Origin: an uncultured Bacteroidota bacterium
GTDB lineage: Bacteria; Bacteroidota; Bacteroidia; Bacteroidales; VadinHA17
Length of the DNA stretch: 34,826 nucleotides
Direction: 5' to 3'
Assembly (NCBI GenBank): GCA_903865465.1
Contig: CAIPJU010000898.1
Coordinates: 1 to 34,826 of the forward strand
Position 1 is the stretch's first letter; every line of letters starts with the position of its first letter. Shown here piece after piece: positions 34,787-34,826 of the stretch. The notes beneath the pieces are model-generated. The model ran no database searches. It was not told the origin of the DNA and saw nothing but the letters and a program-made list of their open reading frames with translations. A program made the position numbers and the translations under genes.

Positions 34787-34826
34787 AGGCATTCATCTCG
34801 CCACCGACTGCTTCGATCGAGGAAGA
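34756..34826 (-). pseudogene. internal fragment of an M16 (pitrilysin/insulinase) family peptidase gene, cut off at the junction with the RND pump
   Basis: The minus-strand frame reads ...SSSIEAVGGEMNAFTGKEYTCFYA. This matches the conserved M16 segment I remember as GGxxNAFTSKEYTCYYAKVLD. Immediately after YA the frame becomes RELPKPELI* (antisense of czcA). The 5' part of this gene would lie beyond the window end. Confidence 0.55.

Noticed and set aside
1-34826. Scan for CRISPR arrays, tRNA/rRNA genes, transposases, integrases, phage or toxin-antitoxin modules.
   Set aside because: I saw no regularly spaced 25-40-bp repeats, no tRNA T-loop/acceptor signatures, and no ORF with DDE transposase, tyrosine/serine recombinase or phage hallmarks. 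The window looks like core chromosome rather than an island.

Overview
The window looks like an ordinary, non-mobile chromosomal segment of a Bacteroidota genome. Evidence for the phylum: a T9SS C-terminal sorting domain, a TonB-dependent receptor with a carboxypeptidase-regulatory-like N-terminus, TAnnTTTG-type promoter boxes, no Shine-Dalgarno signals, and many lipoprotein or type-I signal peptides. I support about 30 protein-coding genes.

Gene order, left to right:
- (-) a partial PAP2/vanadium-haloperoxidase-like lipoprotein and a giant FG-GAP/UnbV lipoprotein.
- (+) an NAD(P)-binding protein and a small membrane protein.
- (-) a 3-gene envelope operon: OM barrel, secreted protein, cryptic lytic-transglycosylase-like protein.
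- (-) a PspC-PadR-PspC operon.
- (-) TonB-dependent receptor, quinone-reductase-like flavoprotein, LytS-type kinase and LytTR regulator.
- (+) Gfo/Idh/MocA oxidoreductase, rhomboid, GT2, SDR, YceI and an FHS sugar transporter.
- (-) a tiny T9SS substrate.
- (+) DUF4954, a RyR-repeat/SpoIIE phosphatase and rubrerythrin.
- (+) a TolC / adaptor / DUF190 / CzcA-type RND efflux operon.

I found no rRNA, tRNA, CRISPR array, transposase, integrase or phage genes.

Most interesting observations:
1. A tightly linked DUF4954 + four-RyR-repeat PP2C phosphatase cassette with no recognisable partner-switching substrates.
2. A PadR gene flanked by two paralogous PspC membrane proteins, with a perfect palindrome and TTTTACAT repeats in its promoter.
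3. An uncharacterised OM-barrel / secreted / SLT-like operon.
4. A dispersed, 10-nt-phased CAC(A/G)GAG-type intergenic repeat family.
5. A DUF190 (PII-like) gene inside the metal-efflux operon.
6. An abrupt head-on junction at about 34756, where the RND pump loses its C-terminus and runs directly into an internal fragment of an M16 peptidase gene on the other strand. This is either an assembly chimera or a deletion scar.

All functional calls come from motif recognition by eye. No database search was run.
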